From Sarea resinae (Eukaryota): DNA of 64,000 bases. Positions 37,677-48,132 of the stretch are shown here, one piece after another. The stretch covers positions 248,001-312,000 of the forward strand of contig JAPEUD010000020.1 in the NCBI GenBank assembly GCA_026026165.1. Direction: 5' to 3'. Both the position numbers and the translations under genes were made by a program. A model generated the notes under the pieces. That model did no database searches. It saw only the letters and a list, made by a program, of their open reading frames with translations, and had not been told where the DNA came from. How positions within the stretch are numbered: position 1 is the stretch's first letter; each line of letters starts with the position of its first letter.

Positions 37677-40600
37677 ATGTCTGTTGATAGACTCGCTCAG
37701 CTAGTCACCCGATCCGACCGCGAGACATCGATTCCTGCCATAATGCCCCGCCAAGCCCGACAACGCGGCGGAAAAGTCGCCTCAGTATCGGGCCCAGCGC
37801 ATCAATTGGGCATACTGAATGAGACCGTCAATAGGTTCTTAGGTGGGAAACGGAAGGCATGGATGGAGCAACAAGAGCCACAGACCTCGGGGGAAACGGA
37901 CCGTGAGAGGGTCAGCAAGAGGCCGCGTCTCTCAAGCTCAACGGCACAGTCGAATTCGCCGCCCTCGAATTCTTCCAATTCTCGAATAGGCACGTCGCAA
38001 GCGGCGACGCAGGACCAAGCATTGCAGACCTCGGATATTACCCCAGAAGGCCAGAGGGCGTCGGCAACCTCTCTTCCTCCCTCCAATCCCGACTCACCGC
38101 AATTGGCTAATGTGCTTGCGCCGTCCAAATCGCCGGCCGTCGAAGCCTCGACTCGGTCGACAGCCGTGCTCCCCTCGCCAGCACCCAGTGAAGAAGGCGC
38201 CCGTACAGCAGTCTTATCGAGCTCTAGCAATCGAGAGGATGGAGAGTTGTCGAATTTGCGATTGAGTGAGACTGCTCTGGATGAAGCTCTGGGCTCTTCC
38301 AGCGCCCACATAATTGGTGACACGCGGCAAAGGACCGGCTCTGGGAAACGTCCGAATATTGAAAATATAGCATCTCTCCAAGCCCCTTCTCACAACGCTT
38401 ATCCAACTCTCTCGGAACCTCCCAAGATGCAGTCTGCTCAGGCATTTGGCAGAGTATTAACATACCAAATTGCCGAAATTGGCCTCCAGCGAACCATAGA
38501 GCAGCAGTCAATTGAATCTCCACGCTTTAGCCTTCTACAGGATGCATGTGCAAGCGAGGATTGGTTCTATCTTGCGCTACATCAAGTGTACTGCATCCAG
38601 TCAGGTGCTCCAGAGGCAAATCGAACACTACCGTGGTTTGGTCCTGATAGCTTGAAAGGTCTCCAAATACTCGAAGCTCTGCTTCTTCCCAATAACCTTC
38701 TTCGACCTTCAGTGCTCGACGTGTTTAGATCGTTCCCGGTGCCTCTCCAGGGTTTCGATGCTGTTCTCTCGCACTACAAACATTGCATTCAATCCGTGGT
38801 GCAATTTTTAGAACTACTGGGGCAAAAATGGGAGACGCTTCAAGCAGCTTGCAGACAAAGAGCATACCCGCCGTTTGCGAATGAGATTGTCGCGAAATTG
38901 GGCTTGCACTCGCATATTTTTCAGCGTGTGGTCTTCACTGCCATCCATCGAAATCTATGGGGAGCGTCCGCCAACGGTTGGTGTCCGCGTGTAGAAGAGC
39001 TATTCCGGAAAAGCCAAGCAGTCCGTGCTATGAGGCTGGCCCGGACTACGAACAGTGAAGCATCTCTTTCTTCTGAAGAAGTTTATCAAGAAAATAGGAG
39101 AGCGGCACAAGAGTACCAGCGGATTCATGAACAGTATCGCCGAAGCTTGTCTTTGCAGTCGCAGAATGTGGCTTCATCTCTGCAGTCTCCAGCAAGCTCC
39201 CAGCAACAAAGTCATTTTGCACAACCCGGGCCGCCTCTTTCACAGCCTTCTCGACTCGGCTGGCATCCAGTGCAAGCGCGAGCTCCGCAACTCCCCGTAG
39301 CGGAATCTCAGCAGGTCACAAGTTCGTGCCCTGGTCCTTCTAGGTTTTCAACGCCAAGAGCACCAAACCAATATACCCCACAGCGATCGATTCAAGTATA
39401 TGTCCCACCTAACGCAATTCAATACGTGAATTCACGTGGCGTGGTTACTCCTGAAATGTTTCAAGCGCCGCAATCCGGGCATCTTGTACAAGTGGTCCCG
39501 ATGGGACATCAGAACGGAGCAGCTGGGAGGAATTTGAATCAACTCCACCCGCTACCGAGCACCCTATTACCATCAAACGGATCACTACAGCCAAACCAAA
39601 ACTCAGTCAACAACGGAAATAGCCGCCAGAGAACACAACTCAACCCTGGGGTTTGGGCTCCGCGGATAGGCAGTCAGAGCACTGCAGGCCAAAAGGGTCT
39701 CTTATTCCCACCTAACAGCAAACAAGTGCGTGCAGTTCCCCATCCCAACTCGACAATTTCAGCTCTCCATCAGGCGCGTCTCAGGAGTCCCATTCTCAGC
39801 CCGGTCGATAAACCGAACGGTTCAAAAATATCATCTAAGCTATATCAGTTCATGAAGGGATTTATGCTTGTTCCAAAGGTGATTGGTCCAAACTCCGTTG
39901 CTTGTGAATGGCGTTTTGCTATACCAGCAGACGACTTTGCATTAAAGGCTGAGGATGCGTACTCGTCTTGCGGTGGTCGCCCTACGAGAAATATCCAGGA
40001 GGGCTCACGCATCTTTCGCATTCGTTGTGTCAAAACATTTTCCGCTGAGAATCCCTCCGCTGAGAATCGTTGGGCCGTCAGCGAAAATACTTGGCCCGAA
40101 CACGTATATCTCACTATCAATGACACGATGTTAGAAACTCGACGAAAGCTTCAGCATGGCAAGGATCTTCCAGTGGACGTGACGCCCTATGTTAAGGAGG
40201 GTGATCGTAACATTCTAAGGGTCTCTATATTGTGGACCGAAAAGGAGAAACTGTCCGTCTACTACGCCTTCGCCGTTGAATCTATAGAAATTATCGGGCA
40301 CGAATCGATCAAAGACTTGTGTCTGACAAAAGGGCTGATTCTTCCACAACGCACGCTGGAAGGTATCAAGGCTCATTTGAACCCCAAGAACGATGACGAT
40401 GAAATATGCGTTGTGGATAACAATATTACCATCGAGCTCATCGATCCCTTTACTGCTCGCATCTTCGACGTACCAGTACGCTCCCAGTCCTGCATCCATC
40501 GCGAATGTTTTGACCTGGAGACGTTCCTCCAGACCCGCAAATCCCAGAAGCAGAGCCAGCCTTGCTTGGTTGACGAATGGAAATGCCCCATATGTGGTGC

Positions 40601-40856
40601 GGATGCGCGGCCACCGAGTCTGGTCATCGACGGCTTTCTGGTTGAGGTCAGGTCCCTATTGGCCCAACAAAATTTGCTAGAGACTAGGGCTATACTGGTC
40701 TCCCAAGATGGATCGTGGAAGCCCAAATCAGAGAAATCCGGTGAAGATAGATCGGCAAGCAAGCCAAGAGACGGCAAATCTTTGGCCGCTTGCCATCGAT
40801 CTAGCGCTGAAAGAGCAGTGAGCAGTGAGAGGGTCATCATCGAAATTGATGATTGA
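37677..40856 (+). CDS. MIZ/SP-RING zinc-finger protein (putative SUMO ligase / transcriptional co-regulator); start could also be 37743
   Basis: SP-RING IELIDPFTARIFDVPVRSQSCIHRECFDLETFL...WKCPICG...LVIDGFL, preceded by RRKLQHGKDLPVDVT. Confidence 0.9.
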   Translation: MSVDRLAQLVTRSDRETSIPAIMPRQARQRGGKVASVSGPAHQLGILNETVNRFLGGKRKAWMEQQEPQTSGETDRERVSKRPRLSSSTAQSNSPPSNSSNSRIGTSQAATQDQALQTSDITPEGQRASATSLPPSNPDSPQLANVLAPSKSPAVEASTRSTAVLPSPAPSEEGARTAVLSSSSNREDGELSNLRLSETALDEALGSSSAHIIGDTRQRTGSGKRPNIENIASLQAPSHNAYPTLSEPPKMQSAQAFGRVLTYQIAEIGLQRTIEQQSIESPRFSLLQDACASEDWFYLALHQVYCIQSGAPEANRTLPWFGPDSLKGLQILEALLLPNNLLRPSVLDVFRSFPVPLQGFDAVLSHYKHCIQSVVQFLELLGQKWETLQAACRQRAYPPFANEIVAKLGLHSHIFQRVVFTAIHRNLWGASANGWCPRVEELFRKSQAVRAMRLARTTNSEASLSSEEVYQENRRAAQEYQRIHEQYRRSLSLQSQNVASSLQSPASSQQQSHFAQPGPPLSQPSRLGWHPVQARAPQLPVAESQQVTSSCPGPSRFSTPRAPNQYTPQRSIQVYVPPNAIQYVNSRGVVTPEMFQAPQSGHLVQVVPMGHQNGAAGRNLNQLHPLPSTLLPSNGSLQPNQNSVNNGNSRQRTQLNPGVWAPRIGSQSTAGQKGLLFPPNSKQVRAVPHPNSTISALHQARLRSPILSPVDKPNGSKISSKLYQFMKGFMLVPKVIGPNSVACEWRFAIPADDFALKAEDAYSSCGGRPTRNIQEGSRIFRIRCVKTFSAENPSAENRWAVSENTWPEHVYLTINDTMLETRRKLQHGKDLPVDVTPYVKEGDRNILRVSILWTEKEKLSVYYAFAVESIEIIGHESIKDLCLTKGLILPQRTLEGIKAHLNPKNDDDEICVVDNNITIELIDPFTARIFDVPVRSQSCIHRECFDLETFLQTRKSQKQSQPCLVDEWKCPICGADARPPSLVIDGFLVEVRSLLAQQNLLETRAILVSQDGSWKPKSEKSGEDRSASKPRDGKSLAACHRSSAERAVSSERVIIEIDD

Positions 40857-43686
40857 TTACACCACACCTTCTCAGAGTTGTTCATTACTACATCGATCAC
40901 ACTCGAAAGTCATTACGCCGAACAGGTTCAATTCTCTGATGTCTGCTCAATTGGTCGACACCTCAGACATTTTGCTAATTGCTAGAGCAAAAGTCCCACC
41001 TTCCTTATTATCTTTACGGCACGCAAGCGAGCACTTTTGTTATTTCGTTTGTTGACTTGAGAATCGCTGGAAGGAGTTGATCAGGAATCCGACAAGGTTC
41101 TGCTCTAGGGGCGTCATCTTTTCCTGTGGAAGGCATCGGTGTTCTAAGCAAGCTTTTGTGATTATGGGCAGCTTGTCGAACATCGGATTAGGGGTTAGGT
41201 TTCGTATCGAGTTTTGAATTTTGAATTCAATGGCGAAAATATCCAGGACGGAAAGTATGAGGGGTGTATTGGTAGAGGACGGGGTCTTAACTCGATGGTA
41301 TTCACTTATACCCGAACATCGTATTTCGGTAGACTTCTCTATATAAAAATATCCAACCGCGAACTTCCCCCTTACTCTCTGACGAGCTCGACTCTGAATG
41401 TAAACCAACTTGATGCCAATAACCAAATGGGGTCGTATCACGTGCCCTATCTCTCATGCGAGTCATTTCTGGACGAGAGATATCATCAGCGCCGCCGCGA
41501 TATATCTGACGCTAAAGTGGAAGGAAGTTTTCAACGCTAGTCAGTCGTATTTCGATCTGGCCTTGAAAGACCCGACCGGTATTAGGGCTAGAAAGCAATG
41601 GTCTCTGCGCGAGGAATTGGCACGGCAAGCGGACGATGAAGAGGGAGAGCTTCACATCGTCGTCCGTGTAGCTCCACGTAAACCCATGAATATTGTCGTG
41701 ATTGGCTGGCGACGCGGACAAGAAATGGTCTCTAGGGCAAATCGAATTGTCTCTCTGGTGGGCCCAGGCTGTTGGAGACGAGTAGTTCTGGAGCCGATTC
41801 TCGACTGATATCGACTTGTTCCTCCTAGACACACATACCTTGCCTCTCTGGCCTTCCTTTTGCTTCACGCCTGGGGACCTACATAGTATGTACCTGAGCG
41901 CGGATGCGCTGCCGCGCTGGCTCTTGAGTCTCGAAGATTGTGGTACGCATGTGGACTTACGCGAGGACTGCACATCTGCGAAAGCGAGTTTTGATATGTC
42001 AATGCAATATTCATTCTACTGCGGTACATTATCCACAGCGTCGATTGACTCGGATCACAGATCCGACTAGATCCGACTTATACAATTCAGAAGCATGAGG
42101 GGACGATTACCGCAGTGATTTCTCACACGCGTCGAGACTGAGGAAGCAGCCTCTATCTGGAGAGCATCGGCATTTCGAACAAGGTCCTTGATGCAAGGGA
42201 GCAGTCACAACGATTGTGACCTGCCTTACCTGCCTTGGCCTACTAAAAGTCAATCGTAGCAGCACTCTGCACTCGAGTACTTCTCGTTTCTGCCCTTTCC
42301 TTGGGCCATTTTGGGCTCGAGCCTTGCAGGGCTCAATTCATGCAGGTGATCCGTCGCGCAATGGGCGATCCAATGAGATCGGAGCAATCGGTCCCGAGGA
42401 CCAGCGGCTTTCCTTGATCTGAGTTTGGTGCCGAACTCAAGGCCATCGTATGGCATCCCGCAGGCAGCATCGGAATGTTGAATTGCCCTCTAACACTGCT
42501 CGGTGTGCGTCTACTCCGGAGTAGGACGTCCTTTAGTACTGCACTAAGTACGAGGTACCCAGCTCCTCTCTCAGGACTTCTGCAGACGGGACCGAACCAG
42601 CTACGAGCGCGTCTCACTCGGAGAGCCGGTGATGACCGCCCCGGTGTCCGGCAGGCCAGCTTCATAAACAGCACCCGGGAACCTGAAGTACGAAGTACCT
42701 TACTGACCGTTGGTAGGCCCTGCGGCAAAGTACTGCAAATTCAACCTCAGGTAACGTGCCCCTGGTGTCTGAGATAGATCATGTAGGTACTCCGAACACC
42801 TCGATTGCGTCGGTCCTAGATGTGATCTCTGAATCCGTTGATTGTTCGTAGCCATCTTCACGAGTATTGTTGTAAGGCAGCTAGACTGCTCGGCAGTCAT
42901 GTTCAGCGACAACAGACAAATTACCATCGTCCCCTCCGGCTGCCTGGATGCCCAAGAGGAACCTGGAATTTTGTCGAGAGAACCGAAGACAGCACTCGGG
43001 GTATTTCGTACCTCTACTTCAGATACTTGGACCGATCGAAAAGCCCTACGAAAGTACTTCACTCGTCGAAATGTTCACACGCATCGGTCTGTCACCATAG
43101 GGGCCGGAAAGACGGCCTTCGTCCGCAATCGACGTTCGAGGTTGATAGATTGTGGTGGCAGAGTAGAATAGAGCGGTCGTATTGTTGGTGTTCGTTCGAC
43201 TGGAGACGGCAGAGGAGAAGGGATCGCGAGCCTGGCCCAGTGCCGGTCGGATTGAATCCCTTCCATTGGTACTGAGGTGAGGGCGAGAAGGTTTAAAGTA
43301 GGTACCATAGGCAGGTAGTTAGTAGTATCGAGGTACTGTGGTAGTATTGATCTTCGCTTCAAGAGAAGAGAGAGCGGCGTCGTACTGTGCTGACGATGGG
43401 GAAGCAGAGAGGTGGTCAAAGAGGTTGAATGAATAATAGCCCAATGTGGTGTAGTTGGAGGTATCCATAGTAGGTGCCTAGGTAGTAGGTAAGGTAGGTA
43501 ATACCTTGCCGTAAGATTTGAACTTAGGTTCCATTTGTGGGTTGTCTGGCTTCCAGTGGAGGTTCTTTCTACGTCTCTCACCTCGTCTCCTCTCTCTCCT
43601 CTCGTCGTTATTATTACCTTTTCCCTACCTGACTCCACTACTAATTTCTCGTCGGTCGTTCTTTCCGTTCGGATCGGACAGGTGTG

Positions 43687-43688
<2 letters not shown>

Positions 43689-43722
<34 letters not shown>
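43689..43722. repeat. (GT)17 microsatellite upstream of the RRM gene
   Basis: Perfect dinucleotide run. Confidence 0.97.
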
Positions 43723-43724
<2 letters not shown>

Positions 43725-45063
43725 AGCACAGCTAAGCCCCCAATTGTCGTCGCCTCGCCTCGCCCGACTGCCTACCTACTCCGGAGTATACCTACCGTAC
43801 CTCAGGGCTACCTTACTCTACGAATACATCGACTCTACATCGACTCTGCGCCTTACCTTACCTTAATCTTCGCCTCTACGAGTACAGAATATACTTGCGC
43901 TAAACGCTATTATTACTTCAGCGGCACCCTCCACTCCCCTCCTCTCTTCTGCTCTTTCTTCACCCTTCCGCTACCAACCTACATCTTCTACAAAAGCCAT
44001 CCGTTTGTGTGGATATCTCGTCCCTTCGTGTCCTTTTGTGTCGCGGGTGTTCTTGATTTCCTGCTTCTTCCGGGCCCGCAGTCGGTACGTTCCTGGGTCA
44101 ATCTGGCTGTGTTGTGAAAGTGGTGAGTGAGACAATTACTTTTTTTTCCATTCCGCTCTGCCAGCCCGTCCGCTCTGTGCGCCGTAAATAAGCAGCCGCC
44201 ATCTTTCGAGTCTCGGCCATCCGGCCAGGTCCTGTTTGTTGATCGTCGCTCGCACTACGACTGGGATCAGTGAGGCCATCAAAGCAGTTGGTACACCCTG
44301 ATCGTGTCTCTGGACGTCGTCAGATCTCGTTGAATGTCGCTTGCGAAGTTGTCCTCGACCGCGGCCATTCACAGAGCGCTCTCCTCCTTTTGCGCATCAC
44401 CTGGTACAGCGAAGCCGGCCTGAGGCCCTCCGTTTCCCATGTCACTTTCGCACTTATTGTCGAACGATGATCCATTGGGCATTCAATCGCGCGGCTGTGA
44501 GAGAAAGCTGAGATTGCTTGACTGACGTGTATCCAGATTCACCAGTGATCTCATTCTGCCTGCATCGAAAGTCCTTTCGTAACCGCAACTCAGACCGTCA
44601 TTCCTTAACGACCGCACGCCAGTATTGGAATTCGTCATACGCGGCGTTTTGGGAGATTTTGCTTCCTCGATCCACTTCACCAGTACTTGCCGTCTCCCGC
44701 CTGTCTCGCTCGACCTGACGTCTTTCGATACTCTCACCCGAGGACCATCTCCTGGAATCAATTCGGTATTGGTCGTCTCTTTGTGCCAAACGCGCATACG
44801 TTTTACGCCTGACGGAACTTGACGAATTCCTCTCCTCAAGGACTTGATTGATCAGCATTGTATGTCGCCCTCGTTGCAAGATCCATTGATCTCCGACGTG
44901 GATTGCAGTGAATATTGTGGCTAATTCTTTTATATGGTTCCAGATTCTGCTTGACTAACTCTTGCCTCTTATCTTTTACTTTCAATTTGATTTCAACACT
45001 TTGTCAGCCAAGTTCAAATTCACAGATACGACTCAGAGCTCCAAGTCTTTGCGATTATCAAAA

Positions 45064-47344
45064 ATGAGTTTTCCAAATTACGATTCCTTCCAGGGCCAGC
45101 AAGGTACCGAAGAAGGCGGTGCGGTCCCTACCGGTGCGGCTCCTCAGCAGCATACCCCGCTCGGTCAGCCTTCCGACAATTCTCCAGCTCCTTTCCAACA
45201 AGGCAATCCCGGCGAGCCAGGGTCTGCTTCCACCCCACAGCAAGGTGGAGATGCCAAGACAACTCTTTGGTAAGTTTGCTGTAAATGCAAATGCACTCTG
45301 TCCATGTTTCATTTTGCGCGCTCAGGCGTGCAGTGAACAAAGCTATGTCTGTCCTAGACGCAATAACCTTCAAGCCGTGATATGCGGTGGAAGAAAAGCT
45401 TCTATGGGAAACGACTGGCTTACATTTCATCATATAGGATGGGCGAATTGGAGCCATGGATCGATGAAAATTTCGTCCGCAGCGTCTGGTTTGGTATGGG
45501 AGAGCAGGTCAACGTGAAGATGATTCGTGACAAGTTCTCTGGGTAAGCTTTTCTCTTCGACATGTGAGATCAGACTTTAATGCGTACTGATTTGCAGCAG
45601 CAACGCCGGATACTGTTTCGTCGACTTCTCTTCTCCAGCTGCGGCTGCCAAGGCTCTGACTTTGAATGGGACAATTATTCCCAACTCCAACCGTCCGTTT
45701 AAGCTTAATTGGGCATCTGGTGGTGGCCTCGCTGACAGAAGGTGAGTAGCTCTGTTAACACTCATTTTGCTGCGGAAATGCTAACGATACATAGCCGTGA
45801 TGACCGTGGCCCCGAATACTCAATCTTCGTCGGCGATCTTGGTCCGGAAGTCAACGAATATGTTCTAGTTTCTCTCTTCCAGAGCCGCTTCCCGTCTTGC
45901 AAGTCTGCCAAAATCATGACCGATCCTATCAGCGGAATGTCTCGTGGCTATGGCTTTGTCCGCTTCTCGGACGAGGGTGATCAGCAACGTGCTTTGACCG
46001 AAATGCAAGGAGTCTATTGCGGCAACCGCCCGATGCGCATCTCAACCGCGACGCCAAAGAATAAGAGCGGTGGCGGTGGGCCCGGCGGCATGGGCATGCC
46101 TGGTGCTGCTGGTCCTGTTGGGATGTACTCAATGGGTGCTCCACCGATGGGCTACTATGGCGCTCCTCAACCCATGAACCAGTTCACTGATCCCAACAAC
46201 ACCACGGTCTTTGTTGGCGGTCTCTCTGGGTACGTGACCGAGGATGAGCTTCGTTCCTTCTTCCAGGGCTTTGGGGAAATTACATACGTCAAAATCCCTC
46301 CGGGCAAGGGTTGCGGTTTCGTGCAGTTCGTCCAGCGCCACGCAGCTGAGATGGCCATCAACCAGATGCAAGGATATCCGATCGGCAACTCCCGTGTTCG
46401 ATTGAGCTGGGGCCGCAGCCAGAACAACTCAGGCCCTGCCGGTACTCCTTACCGCCCGGCCCCACCACCACCGGTCTATCCATCTATGGGAATGCCTCCT
46501 TCGCATCCTTACGGCAATTTCGCTCCAATGAAGGTTCGTTAATAAGCCCTGATATTATGAGACACTCCTAACTAGATTTCATAGTAAGAACATTTCATCT
46601 TTCTGAGTCTCGCAGCAGGAGTTCGTGCGTCAAGCATTGAGGGTTTCGCTTCTCAGTCGGCAATCTTTTTCCTTGAAATGCCTGCTTCTTGATCGGCTGT
46701 TCTCCTCTTAGCGTTTCTCCAAAAGTGAACCGGTGGAAATTTGCAAAAGTTTAGAGGCTGTAATACTTCCGTTTTTGTCCTTCTATAAGCCTTTAAACGG
46801 GGTGTACACCAGTGCTTCTTTCTTTCTGGACGTTTTCTTCAACGGCATATGGTTCGCCATCCCTGTAACTACTTGGCCAATGTCGCATTTGAAGATGAAC
46901 TTATACGTGCAAGTTGTGACACCATTCCTTCTAGAAATTTCATGATTATTTCCTGTGGAGAGCCGATGACTTCGTTTTCTTTGACAGAACAAGCGACATC
47001 TCGTACTTTCAAGGATTTTTACGTTGACTTCTCTGGTTCAAATCAGTCGAGCGTTCTGAGTGTAATCTTCTTTCGGGTGGAGCGTCTTTGAGACTGAACA
47101 AAGTCAAGATCCAAATAGTGCTAACCAAGCTTTCTCTAGTCCTCACGCTGCCCATATGCACCCTCCACCGATGCCTGGGTCAATGCCGCAAGGTCCTCCT
47201 GGGTCTTATCCACCCGACGCGCCGGGTCCTGCTGACCCTATGGCCGTTCAGAACATCAACGAGATGTACATGGCACAGAATCAAGGGGTCAATGACAGAC
47301 TCGAAGCTGACAGCAAAGGATACGACAGTGTGTTTGCGCAGTAA
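45064..47344 (+). CDS. Three-RRM protein of the Nam8/Ngr1/Csx1 family; short form ends at TAA 46585-46587, long form at TAA 47342-47344
   Basis: KTTLW|MGELEPWIDENFVR; YSIFVGDLGPEVNE...SRGYGFVRF; DPNNTTVFVGGLS...GKGCGFVQF...RLSWGRSQ. Confidence 0.93.
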
Positions 47345-48132
47345 GCACGTTTCTGCTGTCAAAGACCGGCACGTACGAAAGCTTTCAGCTCTGCGGATAC
47401 GATCCTACAAAAGCTGCATTTTTCATTCCCTTCCGAACACTTTTTGCATCCTCAGTCTGCTGCGACCTTAAACTCTACCTTGTCCTTTCTATCGGTTCCT
47501 GGCGGCCTTCCTTACCATGTCCGATCTGTTTTCTTCTGGCGCCAAGTCTCAGAAGGCAACGAATGATCTTACTTCGGTCTTTCCAGTCATCTGATGCTGT
47601 TGGCAATGATTGCATTGAAAAGCTGGAGCCTGTCGTATGTGTGAAGCATTTGGTGTTCTAAGGCTCGTGCTTTGAGTGGATGCATCCAGGAGTCTAGATT
47701 GGTAGTAATACATCGAGGGGGGCGTCTTGACCCCCTTTCCTCCTTTGTTTTTGAATCTCGTTCATTCTCATCAAAATCTACCGAGAAGCTCCAGAATGGG
47801 ATTCAAGTAGTAGCTCTCAGACAAAATAATATATTTTCTATGTGTTAGAATTTAACTCCCAGCTAAGGTTGTTATGCTTACTATACCCCATAACGTCGCG
47901 ACTGCCCAAATGGAAGGCTCCTGCCAGAATCTTGTTCGCCTCAAGACCCAAACAAAAGGTCACCACTACACCGTGGTGCTCGAGCATGTTTCCTTTGATA
48001 AACAACTTCACTCCATCATCCATCGCTCCCCGCGGTTAAGAAAAATCTTATGTCGCTTTGTTTGCTTTAACTTAATATCTTTCGACAGATCACTCTCGCA
48101 GGATCGGCACGTACGATCCCTTTACACTCATC

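Noticed and set aside
46576..46583. Alternative route to the distal exon via an 8-nt microexon ATTTCATA (acceptor CTAG 46575, donor GTAAGA 46584), which is also in frame
   Set aside because: That acceptor directly abuts the only branch site (CTAACTAG), closer than in other introns here. The twin-intron path uses normal spacing. It is not fully excluded without cDNA.
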